DNA from: Choristocarpus tenellus KU-1152
Taxonomy: Eukaryota > Protista > Phaeophyceae
DNA: 35,433 bases
Direction: 5' to 3'
Assembly (NCBI GenBank): GCA_964200185.2
Contig: CAXNAD020000051.1
Coordinates: forward strand, 1-35,433
Position numbers and translations under genes: made by a program. The notes under the pieces are model-generated. The model saw nothing but the letters and a program-made list of their open reading frames with translations. It had not been told where the DNA came from and did not search any database. Shown one piece after another: positions 14,301 through 26,300 of the stretch (position 1 is its first letter; each line of letters starts with the position of its first letter).

Positions 14301-15200
14301 ATCTTTTAAAAAAAATTATGTTGTGAGCGCGCAAGAGCTTCATTATGTCGTCCACAACAACAAGCTGTTGATGTGTTAATTGACATGACGATGTCAAAAA
14401 GGGTTGCCCAATGGAGTGCCACCCTAGCAATTCCATTGTGACTTCGTAGTGCTTCGCACAACTCAGCGCACAGAAAAAATTTGAATGGGTTGAGTGGGGT
14501 GGCGACTGATAAGAAAATAAAGTACCCTTGCCCCTGACAAGGGGGCGATACAGCGCGCTCAGTCATACGCGAAACCCCATCATGATCGGGGTGGGTGGTA
14601 TATTCCACTCTAAAAGGCAAAGTCTGTACTGAAACAATGGCGATTAAATCAGCAACATGCAGAAAAGAGACCCTTTTCCGAATCGAATTCCTATCAGGTC
14701 CACTGGGGTGTCCTGGTCCAAAGGCAGCCCTTCGTTTTCAGTAAGAATCAATTCCGCCAATCTCCTGCTTTCCTTGTCCTTTGAAGGTCATGATCACCGC
14801 TATTTCGGCACTCCGTCAAGTCAGCTAGCCCTGAGCTACACAATCTGGACACGAGTCGCGAATCAGTCCATATAGTGTAGTGCCTCCATTGATGTTGGGC
14901 CCTCCAATCACCCCTACAAATGCGAGTAAAAAACCAACCCTGCAAAAAAACTTGACGCCAAACTTGACGCCGAACTTGACGCAACAGATAGCCAGTGCTA
15001 ATTAATTCTACCGCTTTACTGGCCCTACCTCTTCCTGCAGGGATCCCCAAGCACGTTCGTACCGTCCCCATCTCCCCAACGAGCTTAGATTGACGAACAC
15101 TGTGGAGAACTGGTTTTCGAAGTGCAAACGGTCGCCTTCCCGTCACGCCAGCTGCACGCGCCGACATCATTCCGGCAATCCTTGTCACTGTACTGGCCAT
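2277..15200 (-). CDS. grpE: GrpE/Mge1 nucleotide-exchange factor for Hsp70, probably mitochondrial; 7 exons, about 272 aa
   Basis: Exons 15200-15029, 13810-13662, 8339-8172, 6319-6194, 4700-4572, 3642-3592 and 2300-2277 are all GT-AG and phase-compatible. GrpE motifs: AEMENVR..AKRD, FAKQLLDVADNL.RA, GDKFDPHLHDAMF, VLKPGYKLHDRVIRAAQVG. The N-terminus is Arg/Ser/Ala-rich and acid-poor, like a mitochondrial presequence. Exons 1-2 are less certain than exons 3-7. Confidence 0.93.
3592..3642 (-). CDS. grpE: GrpE exon 6 (VLKPGYKLHDRVIRAAQ)
   Basis: atcag| ... CAG|GTGAGT, 51 nt, GY.L.DRV.R.A signature; too short for the ORF track. Confidence 0.93.
4572..4700 (-). CDS. grpE: GrpE exon 5 (LQKVFKSQG...FDPHLHDAMF...GTLGQ)
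   Basis: ttccttcag| ... CAG|GTGAGA, 129 nt, FDP..H.A signature. Confidence 0.95.
6194..6319 (-). CDS. grpE: GrpE exon 4 (LLDVADNLTRA...IAMTDAE)
   Basis: ttttgccag| ... GAG|GTGCAA, 126 nt. Confidence 0.93.
6551..6711. repeat. 19-bp minisatellite (TAYAGACAATTTGATGTGT), about 8.5 copies
   Basis: Head-to-tail copies with no spacers; the last two are degenerate. Confidence 0.95.
7851..7884. repeat. (CAAA)n microsatellite
   Basis: About 8 perfect copies. Confidence 0.9.
8029..8112. repeat. Perfect 42-bp tandem duplication
   Basis: GACCCAACCTGCATCCCTTGTGGCAAAGACCCTCTACAAACA x2. Confidence 0.95.
8172..8339 (-). CDS. grpE: GrpE exon 3 (coiled coil NKVSELGEEL...VQRFAKQ)
   Basis: ttcag| ... CAG|GTGTGT, 168 nt, phase 0-0. 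Confidence 0.93.
9481..9540. repeat. 15-bp tandem repeat x4
   Basis: AATCCAGTTCAGAAC x4, perfect. Confidence 0.95.
13199..13291. repeat. 17-bp AT-rich tandem repeat, about 5.5 copies
   Basis: Consensus TATTCTTGGTACTACTA. Confidence 0.9.
13662..13810 (-). CDS. grpE: GrpE exon 2 (GNVMFHDARENLLILAQHRALSTTGTGTGG...EGETSEEYE)
   Basis: Acceptor gccag|, donor GAG|GTAGGC; open frame with RALST (presequence-cleavage-like) followed by an acidic linker. Confidence 0.7.
14949..14983. repeat. 12-bp tandem repeat x3 containing TGACG
   Basis: AACTTGACGCCA AACTTGACGCCG AACTTGACGCA. Confidence 0.9.
15029..15200 (-). CDS. grpE: GrpE exon 1 (putative transit peptide MASTVTRIAGMMSARAAG...IPAGR)
   Basis: ATG lies in a CpG-rich zone; donor AGAG|GTAGGG is phase 1, matching exon 2. 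Confidence 0.65.
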
Positions 15201-17685
15201 GTTGTCCAGGACCTAGACAAGCTTCTTCCCTACTCTCTCGATCTCTCAATTGTTGGTGGGTACAAATCATTTTTTGTGATGGCTCGTGCGAATGCTCGCC
15301 AGTGAAATTAAAATTGTTAAAAAGGCTCGTTCAGGTTACACAATGTTCTATCAGGGAAACATATTGGTAGGATGTGTTCTGTAGAAGCAATCTATCCTTG
15401 CCAGGACAACGTCCCCGGCCAGGAGCTCTGCAAGGTCCTTGTCAGAACCATGCTTGATTCTCGCACTGGACATCTTCCCTTCAACTTCCGTTGTCAAGGA
15501 CCATAAAAGGCACCGTTTCATCTATAATCTTCATTATCATTTCAAACATGAAAAACTTCTGAATAGATGCGTAGAAGGTTTGCGCAGATGGCCTCGACCA
15601 CCCCTGGCAACTTTCCTTGACATTCCTACTATCTCCCTTTCCCTGCGCGGAGCTTCCTATTACATCAGTCAACCATGATGGCTACATGTGCGTGCCACCA
15701 AAGTGCTACAGAGTGGGATTCAGGAAAAAAAATGTCCACCCCTAAACACGTCCCTACAGATGAAATCTTCGATGAAACTTTCTGAAATTGTATTTTTTCC
15801 TTCAAAAAAGGTGTTTCAAAACTGTTCGTTCTACTGTGTGTGATTGTTCCCAGTCATCTGCAGCACACACACAACCCCTCAAAGCAATTTACCAAGTATT
15901 ACAACTGAATGAGGTACGACTCCACAGTCTATGTACACTATTAATAGCAATTGCTCAACATAACAAGTGGTTGGAGCACAGCACTTGAATGTCTTATCCT
16001 TGGCACTATGTAGGGCTCTTCTCCTAAACAGCAATAGTAGCATCCTAGGGGATAGGTTGGGATTGACTCAACCCTACCTAAACTGTGACACTACTACCTA
16101 TCTGTCCAATTAATTGCTGTAGTAACACTGGTATGCCAACACTGACCGCATGATCTACAGTCCATTAACCCTCTTTCTCCCCCCAAATATTTTCAAGTGC
16201 CCCGTCATTGACCACATTAGAGTGCCTCACCGCTCCAACCTCCATCCTTTGTGAAAACTACTTTGGTGACCTCTTTTTACACTATGCCCCACCACTCCGT
16301 TCCTCTTCCCTCTCCCAAATCTATAGTGATAAACTTTTTTGCTTGCACCACAGCTTTGTTTTGCGGTTCTATTCTCTATATATCCTTCCACAAACATGCT
16401 GTACTATTTGTTTTTTTCCCCCCATCAAAATATAACTTAGGGTTAGGAATTCAATCTCTTGATTTTTCGTGTCCTGCTACAGCTGTATATCGGGAGGGTG
16501 AGGGGTTGGCATTTTCATTCCATCGGCCTGTACTGTACTGTGCTATTCCCAATCGCCAAATGAAATACTCCTTGGTTTTGGTACAAATATTATTCCTGTT
16601 ACTCTGTGTGGAGAGGGTGAGAGCTGAGAGCTTTATTTCCACAGCACCATGAAATGCTTTGTCGTTTCCAGGTCTTTTATCAATCTGGGCAAATAGCACG
16701 GCCAAGGTCCGGGTCATGGACTGGCCCAGGTAGAAAATGTTTGTAACAGGCTCACACGTGACCTAGTCATATTGAAGTAGTTGATGGCCATGGAGAACCC
16801 CCATCAGAACATATTGGTACGGCCCCGAACCACAGCCCAGTCGTGTTGAAATAGTGAATCAAATCAACCGAGAGGTAAGCAGGGTTGCATTTTTTAGGAT
16901 TCAGAGAAAGGGGGGAAGGATTTAATATTGTATAATTACAGAATGAGTTATTGCTGAATTATGGTTTCACTTTGTGTGTGGAAAGGGGGAATATCAATTT
17001 TGCATACACTATTGTACACATGAAGCAACGAAATAGAGTGTAATGCACAGAGTAAGAAAGATGGATCAGAATGCACAAGGGTCCATACCTGCCTACTTCT
17101 CAATTGGTTTGGCTCAGTTGACGGTCAAGAACAATTAAGCATTTTTACAAAACCGGACAGGTCAAGAGGGACCGGATTGCGCGATCAAAGTATGTCCCAA
17201 AATATCCCAAACATGTATGGAAATTTATTATTTTTAGACATTCCTGCAACTACCCTCAACCTGCTCACTGCGGCAAAATGGACAGAAATTGAATTATGCT
17301 ATCATCTAACCACATTTGTCTTATTATGGCTGCTGGCAGGCCCAGGGCCTGGTCTGGTTTCAATATCTACCGGCCCTGGTGCGGACATCCAGTCTGTGGG
17401 TTGGATAATGTCCATTGGACCTGATCTATGTGGACATGTCGGAATCAGAAACTGGTCCCCTCGCATTTCCTTGATAAAAAACTCCTTTGATAATTTTCCT
17501 CTCGCCTAAAGTATATACTTCTTTATTTTCTCACTTTTTTTACTTCATGTGTGCGCAGTAGGGGGAGTATCATGACTGGAAGGAGGGGAAGGGGGGTAAA
17601 GTCAATGGCAGAGAAGCAAGATATGACATCTATTTTGTATGTGGTTTGCTTGTATCGTATTTGACTTCTGTGGAGGAAGAAAGGG

Positions 17686-17731
17686 TGTCAAGAAAATGTC
17701 AAGAAAATGTCAAGAAAATGTCAAGAAAATG
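17686..17731. repeat. 11-bp tandem repeat x4
   Basis: TGTCAAGAAAA x4. Confidence 0.92.
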
Positions 17732-20700
17732 ATATGCTTATTATACCCTGGTGTCTACTTTGATATATAAACTCCCGTTGCAGTAGGGCCAGCAATACTC
17801 GTTTTGGAAGCAACAAAGAACCGAAGTAGGAGGCTCCTCCGACTTGCCTCAAAATATTATAATCTAAGTATGTATCTATAGAAGAACCTTGATTGCCAGG
17901 TCACATCCATCTCAATTTGTCCACCTGTCCCATGATCTTACCAACATCCTGAAAACGTTTTCCACCTTCCCTCACCCATTATCCTGATGCGTAAGGATTT
18001 TCTAGAAATACTTGAGTACTTGTGAAACAAATCTGTTGATGCAGGATTTGCAACAGGAGAATCTTGGACTCTGGAAAAAGGCGGTTACGCGCTGGAAGAG
18101 TGGAAGTGGGCAGGGGAAGAGAGAAGTGAGAGGAACAGTAAGGAGTTAATGGGAAAGAATATAAAGGTAGTCATACATGACTTGGAAAATTGTTTTGGTT
18201 GTAATCTATTACTTCGAAGTAGAATTATACCTTTACAGGTTATAAGCAACATCATGACTTCATAGTTTCCAAGGCTTTTCATCGGTCTAGCCTGTTAGCG
18301 AGGCTGGTGTTCGGTCCACAGTATTGGACAATCCTGTTGAATAATGCAACTATTTTTTTGTGTTAGCTTGCACCATTGCTAAGATAGAGTAGTTTGTAGC
18401 CCTGGGTTTTAAGTAATACTTAGCTGGACTGGCGCCTTCAAATAGGTCGACCTGGCTCCCAAATGATCCAAAATACGTACGGGAATAAACGCGATTTTTA
18501 AAAAATATGTTGACCACATTACGTAAACCACTTTGGGAAATTAAGCATGGGCTAGCTTTACAACATGTGTATTCAACCATGTTAGGTAGGCCTGATTTGG
18601 ACTTGAAAGAATTAGGAGTAACCAGTGCAGTCGATGGAATGGTCCCTTTGCATTTGCCCAGCCATGTGTACTTTTCTAGGTTTACTTCAAGAGCCCTGAA
18701 TCAAGGTCTGCTCCAGAAAGTGTTGTAAAACGTATTAACATGACTTCATGGTGATTTCTGCTTTTTTCTTGAGATGTACCTTCTTGAAAAACAGTTTTTT
18801 GTATGCATAAGTTGTAGTGTCAGCACCTACTGTACTCCACGATGAGGCCATGCGTTGAGATATTTTTTTTACCGTCCAAACTGCTTTCATGGCCAGCAGG
18901 GAGGAGAAAGGGGAGAGACGCGGGAGGTGATGCTTGATTGAGTTTTTCAAATTAGTTCTGAAGAAACTGCGTCCAAAAAAGGTTCAAGACGCTTGGTCAG
19001 AAAATTCTGCATAGCTGGACTAGATTAATATTCTAGTGTTGATAGCCATGTGTACTGGTTGATGGTGATGCTTAACTGGCGAAGAGGTTCTATAGTTTGA
19101 AGTGATATTGTGTTGGGTAAGCAGAGTGTTCTGAATTGCTCTCGCTATCATAGTAGTATTGCTGGAAAATAGTGCTGTCCTGAATGCTGTGTAGAAGTAG
19201 AGTATCATGATGCTGCTGGCTCACGGAATATGATGGGACGGTTTCAAGCCTCTGATCTTTGTTGAACATTGAGATACCACTGAGGCAGACATTCACGTGA
19301 CGAGCATTGAGATAACACTGTTCCAAAGGGGCAGATAATCGCGCGACAGCATCAAGAAGTAGGGTCACGTGTTCTTTCTCACTTTGTTGGTTGATATAAT
19401 TGAAAGTGAGTTAGGTTGGTTGACTCAACGTGTGCTCAGAACAAGGTGTGTTGTTGAGTGTAACAGAAACAAGCCTACATAGAGTCATACATTTGCCTGG
19501 AGCATAAATGATATACTAATACGTAGCATAACGATGGCCATATGCTTAGTTGGTGTGCTGTGTGGCAAATAGGATGCAGTGAATATTGTCAGGATGCTGC
19601 TGCCTATATACTTTTACAAGGGATACAGATTAACTTCTTTCTTGAATGGTAAAATGTTGTACTCTGGAGTACAATATAGTAGTAATAGCTCAATATTTCA
19701 AACAAGAAGTGGAAGTATGCATGTCACCTTTCAACTAAACAGCGTTAAGTGGGGTGGCTTCTTCTCATTCTCCTCCATTGTTCCATGCCACATGTAGCGT
19801 GTAAAGAGTGCAGGCTGGCGGGTCATCACAGCTTTGTGGGGATAGGCATGCACCTCATCAGCTTAAAACTCCGGAATGTCCCGGGGCAAGATACACAAAA
19901 GGGAGCAACATCATCGTCAGAAGGAGAGTGCACGCTCTTGAGGGCCAGAGATCTTCAAAACGAAAAAATATATGATTGACAATAATATAATATATGATTG
20001 CTCATATGACAACGCATTGGTTGTTTCAACATGCGATTTATTTCTGTTGCAATCTCTCTAAGAACACACTGAGTGTGGTGTAAGATATGCACATATGGAG
20101 AGTATGATCGATCTTCATATTGTAATTCCACACATGTATTTACCTACCATTTTATTCTGAGTATATTTACATGGATTTAGAGTTGGAGGTTGTGATGTAC
20201 GAGTATTTGCAACACTACTTGCAACAATCTCCACTTTGAAGTGTAATGTGGTACTAGCATTTGGTGACTTTTTTCCAAGTTGCGCACCCTGCTCCATTGT
20301 TGTCTTCAAACACGAGTTGGAAACTGTGGCTGAACAGAACAAACTCCATAACAATCGTCAAGAAATAAAACTCTTGTACTGCACTACTAAGGCTTTTGTA
20401 TTCACTCTCCGAAAAGACAGAGCCACAACCTCCTGAGTGTTGTATCATCCACTATACCTCCTCCAGTCATGGATCTACGATCACCTTAGCCTCCATCATA
20501 GCATTAGCATACTACACATGCAGTCAAGACGCACTCACTACTAATAGCACTGTAAGGTCATTCCAACATTCAGGCACGTGCTCAAATGCGTAAAAATATA
20601 CATTTAAACTGCACGCCAGTGCACAGTCTTACAACTGTTGCAATACTTCGCTTCTTCATGGACTGCATTGGCAATACCAATTGTCTAGTAATCACTGCTG

Positions 20701-23305
20701 CTGCTCACATCAAAGAAATGTACTGCCTCTCTGTACGGAACAACATCATCACTCACACAAGGGAGGGTTATCCTCTCTCCTGCCCAGGACCCTGGAGGGA
20801 TAGTGGAGTAATATCCTTCTCTTTGGTCTATCCACAACTATGAGGAGCAAGTAGTTCTACTGGTAGCTTCATTGGCCTAGTGAAGATGGGCCACAGGTGT
20901 TTCCTCAAGGATTATCAAACCAATGTACCAACCCAGGAATGTGGTGACCGTATCACGCTGAAGGTAAAGGTCATTCCAAAGTGATACCTGATGGTCTGGT
21001 GATGTCAATATTTTTTCAGCTTCGGGATGACACTTTTGCATATGATGCCACTGTGAAGGGAAGTACAAAGTCGTTGGGAGCATATTTGGGACGATAGTTG
21101 CATGGAAACCTCACAAGAACCGGGGCCTCAGGTGGACAGAGGATGGCCCAAAGCAATCCTACGACAAAGAGGTGAAGCGTCTAAAGGTGCAGGATTAATT
21201 TTTTAGTGCCAGTTCCACTGACGTCCACAATCATCACAGGCAATAATTTGCCACAATAGTGGGGATAACTCAGATGCTTACCTTGCTTGGAACCAGTGGG
21301 AGGGGAAGGAGCTAACACACCACCACTTCACTAAGTGCCTTGCACTAGCCTTGCTCATGCAAAAACATCTGCATCAACAGCTCTAATCCTATGGTTGAAT
21401 CTTCTGGGATGTGTTTGAGTGGTTGTTCAAGGGGCATGGTCTGGGAAGTCCTGGGCGTAGATTTTGATGAAGTTTTTTTCTCCAACATGGTACGCTGATT
21501 TCTAGATCATTTTAAATCTGGTCAGGTGTTAATATTTTTTTTGTTTAACATGTCTTTAGGGTTGTAAAGGATTGTTCATCCCAACAGTGCATATGTCACA
21601 GAGACTGGTCTAGATTGATATGCTATGTATTATAGAGTGTAGAACATACTGTGAAAGATATGTAGTAAACCAATTTGTGCATGTTACAAAAAAAATCTGA
21701 CAGGATGTCGTTGGGGGTCTGTTGAAGAGACAGAATCTTGGGAGCCTGTGGAGAGATTCCTGGGCCACCCAGAACGGACACTTCATGAGTTGCCTGGGCA
21801 ATTCGGGACTGCTAGAATAATGATCAATGGAGGCATCTACAAATCCATCTGGACTGTTTTTGGTTGAGGGGGTGGGGTAACATCATGTCCCTTCATGGTT
21901 ACATACTTTATGTATATTCTAGCCTCCCAGGGAGTGCATGTAGGGGGTAGTGTTGAGCATTGGTATGGGCATGTTTGCACCTACAATTATGTAGTAATGT
22001 TGAGTAGAGTAAATCGATACACATGGCCTCTTCAACACATTCACACGCACATTTGGGAATGCTCCAACAATGTGGTACAACTCAGGTGAATCAAGTTTCA
22101 AGACTACGTCAGGCAAGCATCCTTTTCAAAGTTCCTGAGAACCAGGTTTTAAAGAGTTATTTCCATAAGATTCCACTCCCCTAAGAGGTGCAGAAAGGGG
22201 GGTCAGTCTACCTTTGAAAACATGGATTACATGTTCTATCTCAAAACACGCATGACGCATTATACCTGAAACATCTTGCAAAATGTTGAGGATATGGAAG
22301 TGTTCATTACTGAAGGCATGGTAGAGTTTAGAACAGGTGGCATGGCACATCATTGTCCATTCCTGCAGGTGTACGGTGTCTTTTGAGATGTCATACTTAA
22401 GTGACTATTGAGCGTGCATCAGGTGAGGAGCCTAGGCATGGATTCCTGGGTCATAACGGGATTTTCCGGAGTTCAATTTGTAACTACCGATTGTGCAGAT
22501 AATTACTGATGTCCATCTTTCAAGTTGAATATAATTCTGTACCCAACATCTCCTGCAGATGACAAGGTTTCAGATTTGGCCATAAACTCCTGACCTTCAA
22601 TGTGCACAATGCTTGATGGTTCTACACATCATAGGCAGGGAGATGTTTCGCCACATTTGGGACATTTGATCAGATTGTGACAAGTAGGAATGAGCTACAT
22701 AATCTTTTGAGTACAAAAGTACCTCAACATCTACTGTGGACATGATATAGAAGAACAGAATGTTCAACAAATGTCAAGCCCTGGAAATGTGCCAAGACCT
22801 CACATATGGCATGGGAATCATGAGGCCACGTATCTTTTGGATTATTAATGGTCACAATATCCTCAAGAGCACTGTTGCAGTTGCCAAAGGCGGTACACCC
22901 CTTGCGTCACTATGGGGCACACATACACCTACGTCATAAGAGTAATGTCATAAAAAGTAGTACCTCTATGGCTTGCTGTTGATACTGTATGAGGAAGACT
23001 CATGCATTCTAAGAACATGCCAACTAGGTTGCACATGATTCCACATCCTTGATCGATGTCATTTTGATCGATGCCATTCCTGTGCAGAAGGACACAGACT
23101 CAAATTAGAACAACACAATGATGCGATCCAATCATTCTGCAAAGTTGAGTATTCACAATACTACAATCATCCTTGACATTCAGGATGCTTACAGCACTTT
23201 CAAGACCTAGAATGACCCACCACCAGCACATAAATTCCACCCATTTCCTCTGGGCACTATGCATCCAAGTTTAATGTCGAACTGATGAGTGTCACCGAAC
23301 ATAAA

Positions 23306-23386
23306 CTAGTTGGCTTCATCCAGATAGTCCCTCACCTCCTGCTCAGTAAGCACTCGAAACTTGCGATCTTCTCCCACCACCGCTAC
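23306..23386 (-). CDS. PSMA2: Proteasome alpha-2 exon 6
   Basis: tcttag|[26 protein letters not shown]. Confidence 0.93.
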   Translation of the reverse strand, partial: VAVVGEDRKFRVLTEQEVRDYLDEAN

Positions 23387-26300
23387 CTAAGACACGTTGA
23401 CACGCATTGACATGTACACATAAGACCATTTCAATAGTTTGACATCAACAAGAAAGATGCTATGTAGTAGTGCTCAAACTGTGGCACAGCACTGAGTGAA
23501 AAAAAGCGTAAAGGTACATGAAATCTAAACTATGACCCCAACGATAGGAGGAGCAGGAGCAGGAGCAGGAGTAGAAGGAGGAGGAAGCACACTTCAAACA
23601 CCCCTGCAAAGCACTGATGAACAGAGATGGGATGCAGTAGCATAAGGCTCAATAACATGTGCATCACTTCCACACATACAAGTAAAAATTGAGACTGCTT
23701 ACACAATATGAAGGCACGATAACTACCAGGTGTGAAGTCTCAAGCAGAAACTAAACAGTAAACTAAATGCTACTCAGGGAAATTACTGAGCTGCACAACC
23801 TTTGACAGTAGAAAAATCGTGCAGCAATGTCCAACCTCCAATTCAAAACCCAAATTGAGAATACGTATGAAAAATCAAGGAAAGGGGTGAACATGAATGG
23901 TCAACCACTACAAGGGAGAAATTGTGTAAGCATTGTCAAGGGATGGTAAATATGATGTACGGATATTAGATTGTGAAAGCTGGAGGGTTGGAGATAGTAC
24001 ATGTTCAGTGGTGAAACACAACACTTGGGTGAAAAAAACGCACGTAGATTTATAAAACCTATCACCATGTAACTAACAACTCACCTCAATATTTTTCTCT
24101 GTCATTTGTCCTTCAAACCCCTCACGCATAGTTAACAGAGCCGTATGGATTGCATCATCCAGCTCAGCTTCTTCAGAGTACCTGCAGGACCAAGTTGGGA
24201 TTTGCAGAGGCATGAACAAAGAAACAGAAGGGTACAACAGTTACTGCACCATGGAACACACTACCCAACAAATGTTACCTTCTACATCCGTTCAAAGTCC
24301 AGGGCCAACATAGAGACAACAAATGACAAGAAAAAGAACAAAGAGGTATGCAAATTTTGTACAAACAAAATTATTCCAAACAAGACAGAAGAAGAAAAAA
24401 TTAAAAGGAGAGGAAAAATTCAGGAAAATGGCGTGTCTTCTACTCTTACCTCTTCTCAAGGAAATTCTTGGCATTAACAAAGTTCTTGCCAATAGCAGTT
24501 GCCTTCCAGCCAAAATAAGCGCCAGAAGGGTCAACCTGAGGGGATACAAAGAATACTACATGTCAAAAAGTTGTATGCTCCAACTACTTGAAAAATATCA
24601 AACTGTGCTTCACAAGTAGGGTTAGAGTGAGATTCTATTTCAGTTGCAATGAAAGCATTGAGGGTAGTAACGGACCAGTTTCACATGCTTAGTAAACTGA
24701 CCTAGCATTATCTGTTGTGGTATCTGTGCTCAAAACAAACAGAGGGTGTCAACAATTAAGATAGTCATATACTGAGTCTTCCAGATTCCAAGTCAGTTGA
24801 TGTGGGCGCAGCATTTCCAGGGTAGGCAATAGTCTTACTGCCTCTATCTACAAGAAGTCTTTAGCCAGTTCGTACCCATTCTTTCTGAGCAGGTTAAACA
24901 GGATCATGCACAAAGTCCAATATATAAATGGAGGTTGGGTAGTTCTAGACAGGGCTCTGGACAGTGGTACACAAGATACTCCACTGACATAGATACTTCT
25001 GACAAGTTGGTTTACCCTTCAAGGTGATTGCAATCAAGGAATGTGCAATCCAAGAAAAACAATAGCTTGGACAGTACTTGAGTATTGAAGATGACCCCAG
25101 CACTGGCAACTAAAACTTTCTCAGCTCAACAGACAAAAACTAAATACATGGCCACATCACAATTCCCAAACATTGAACACACAAAACAACTCCCTCTACG
25201 TTTTCATTGAAAAAAAATCAAAATATCATGTTGGTCCTGTGCTCTCTTGGCAATAAACTGAAAAACGCAAAAGCATCATTTGTTTTTGGCATACACAAGC
25301 TACAACATACCCTGAATCCACTCTCCCTATCTTGTTAGGGCAATACTTCTACCTACGATGTACAGGCCAGATCATCTCTTTCAGTCATCAGGCCTGAAGG
25401 CCAACCAGCCTTGTTTGTTTGTGCCCATGCCAAGGGAAATTTCGAGGCATGGACCCCTTGAAAGCATTAGTGATGGGTTGTGTTAAGGGCTGTGATATTG
25501 CTGGATTGCAAAGTGTGCTTCAGGCGGATGGTCCACCAAAAACTTCAGGTTGGTTCATGTGACCAGTTTTGCACAACAAGCCTTGAATGGACTAATATGG
25601 CATCTACTGATACTAGTCAACACATGGAATAATTGAAAATGACCAGATTTGACCAAGCTCAAACTTTAAAAGGCATCCTTTGGGCATCACCTGCTTAACA
25701 ATGTTACAATTTAAAATTGTCACAGCCTTGGCAATATGCCCCAATCTCTTCTGTGCATTTTGTGCACAAAAACTCACCCTGACCATGTGGAAAGTTAAAT
25801 TCGATAAATAGTCTACACTCTAAAGTGAACACCTACAACAAATACCTCACAATTTATATGCAGAAGGCCTCCACTATGCCATTAAGGATTGATACCTACT
25901 AGAAGAAGTCTGTGTGTAAAAAACAAAGCAAAAGAGGGCACTTCCTTCCCCCTCAACTTCAACGGATGGTTGACTCCTAGTCTAAGGGTAGTGTTCAACG
26001 GAAATTCTTCTCAAAGTGGTGCTACTCTTGTTTCCAAGCATGAGACCTCATATCCTCAGTATGGTGTACCCCCTCAAGGTCTTTTCCTAAATAAAATCAC
26101 GCAAAAGACGAAACAAAACTTGAGTAAAATCAACACACAACTTGGGTTCTCATTCTACATCCCCCCTACATCACGATTGATACTGTGTTGGGACTCTTTG
26201 ACTAGCCCCATGGAAAAGAGGGAGTTTTCGTGTGGATGAAAATAGTCTGAGTTATGACAATGAATGGCCGAGTCTCCAGGGGTTCAACTACAACATTTTT

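Noticed and set aside
14748-15028. Continuation of the 150-aa ORF 15200-14748 as a single-exon gene
   Set aside because: It runs through a tandem repeat and intron-like sequence; better explained as exon 1 read-through
15058-15063. Alternative GrpE exon 1 donor ACG|GTACGA
   Set aside because: Phase 0 is incompatible with the phase-1 start of exon 2; the donor at 15028 fits. It could only be used if exon 2 were skipped.
20860-22900. Possible TE coding remnant in the intergenic region
   Set aside because: No recognisable motif in the frames I could translate; left unannotated
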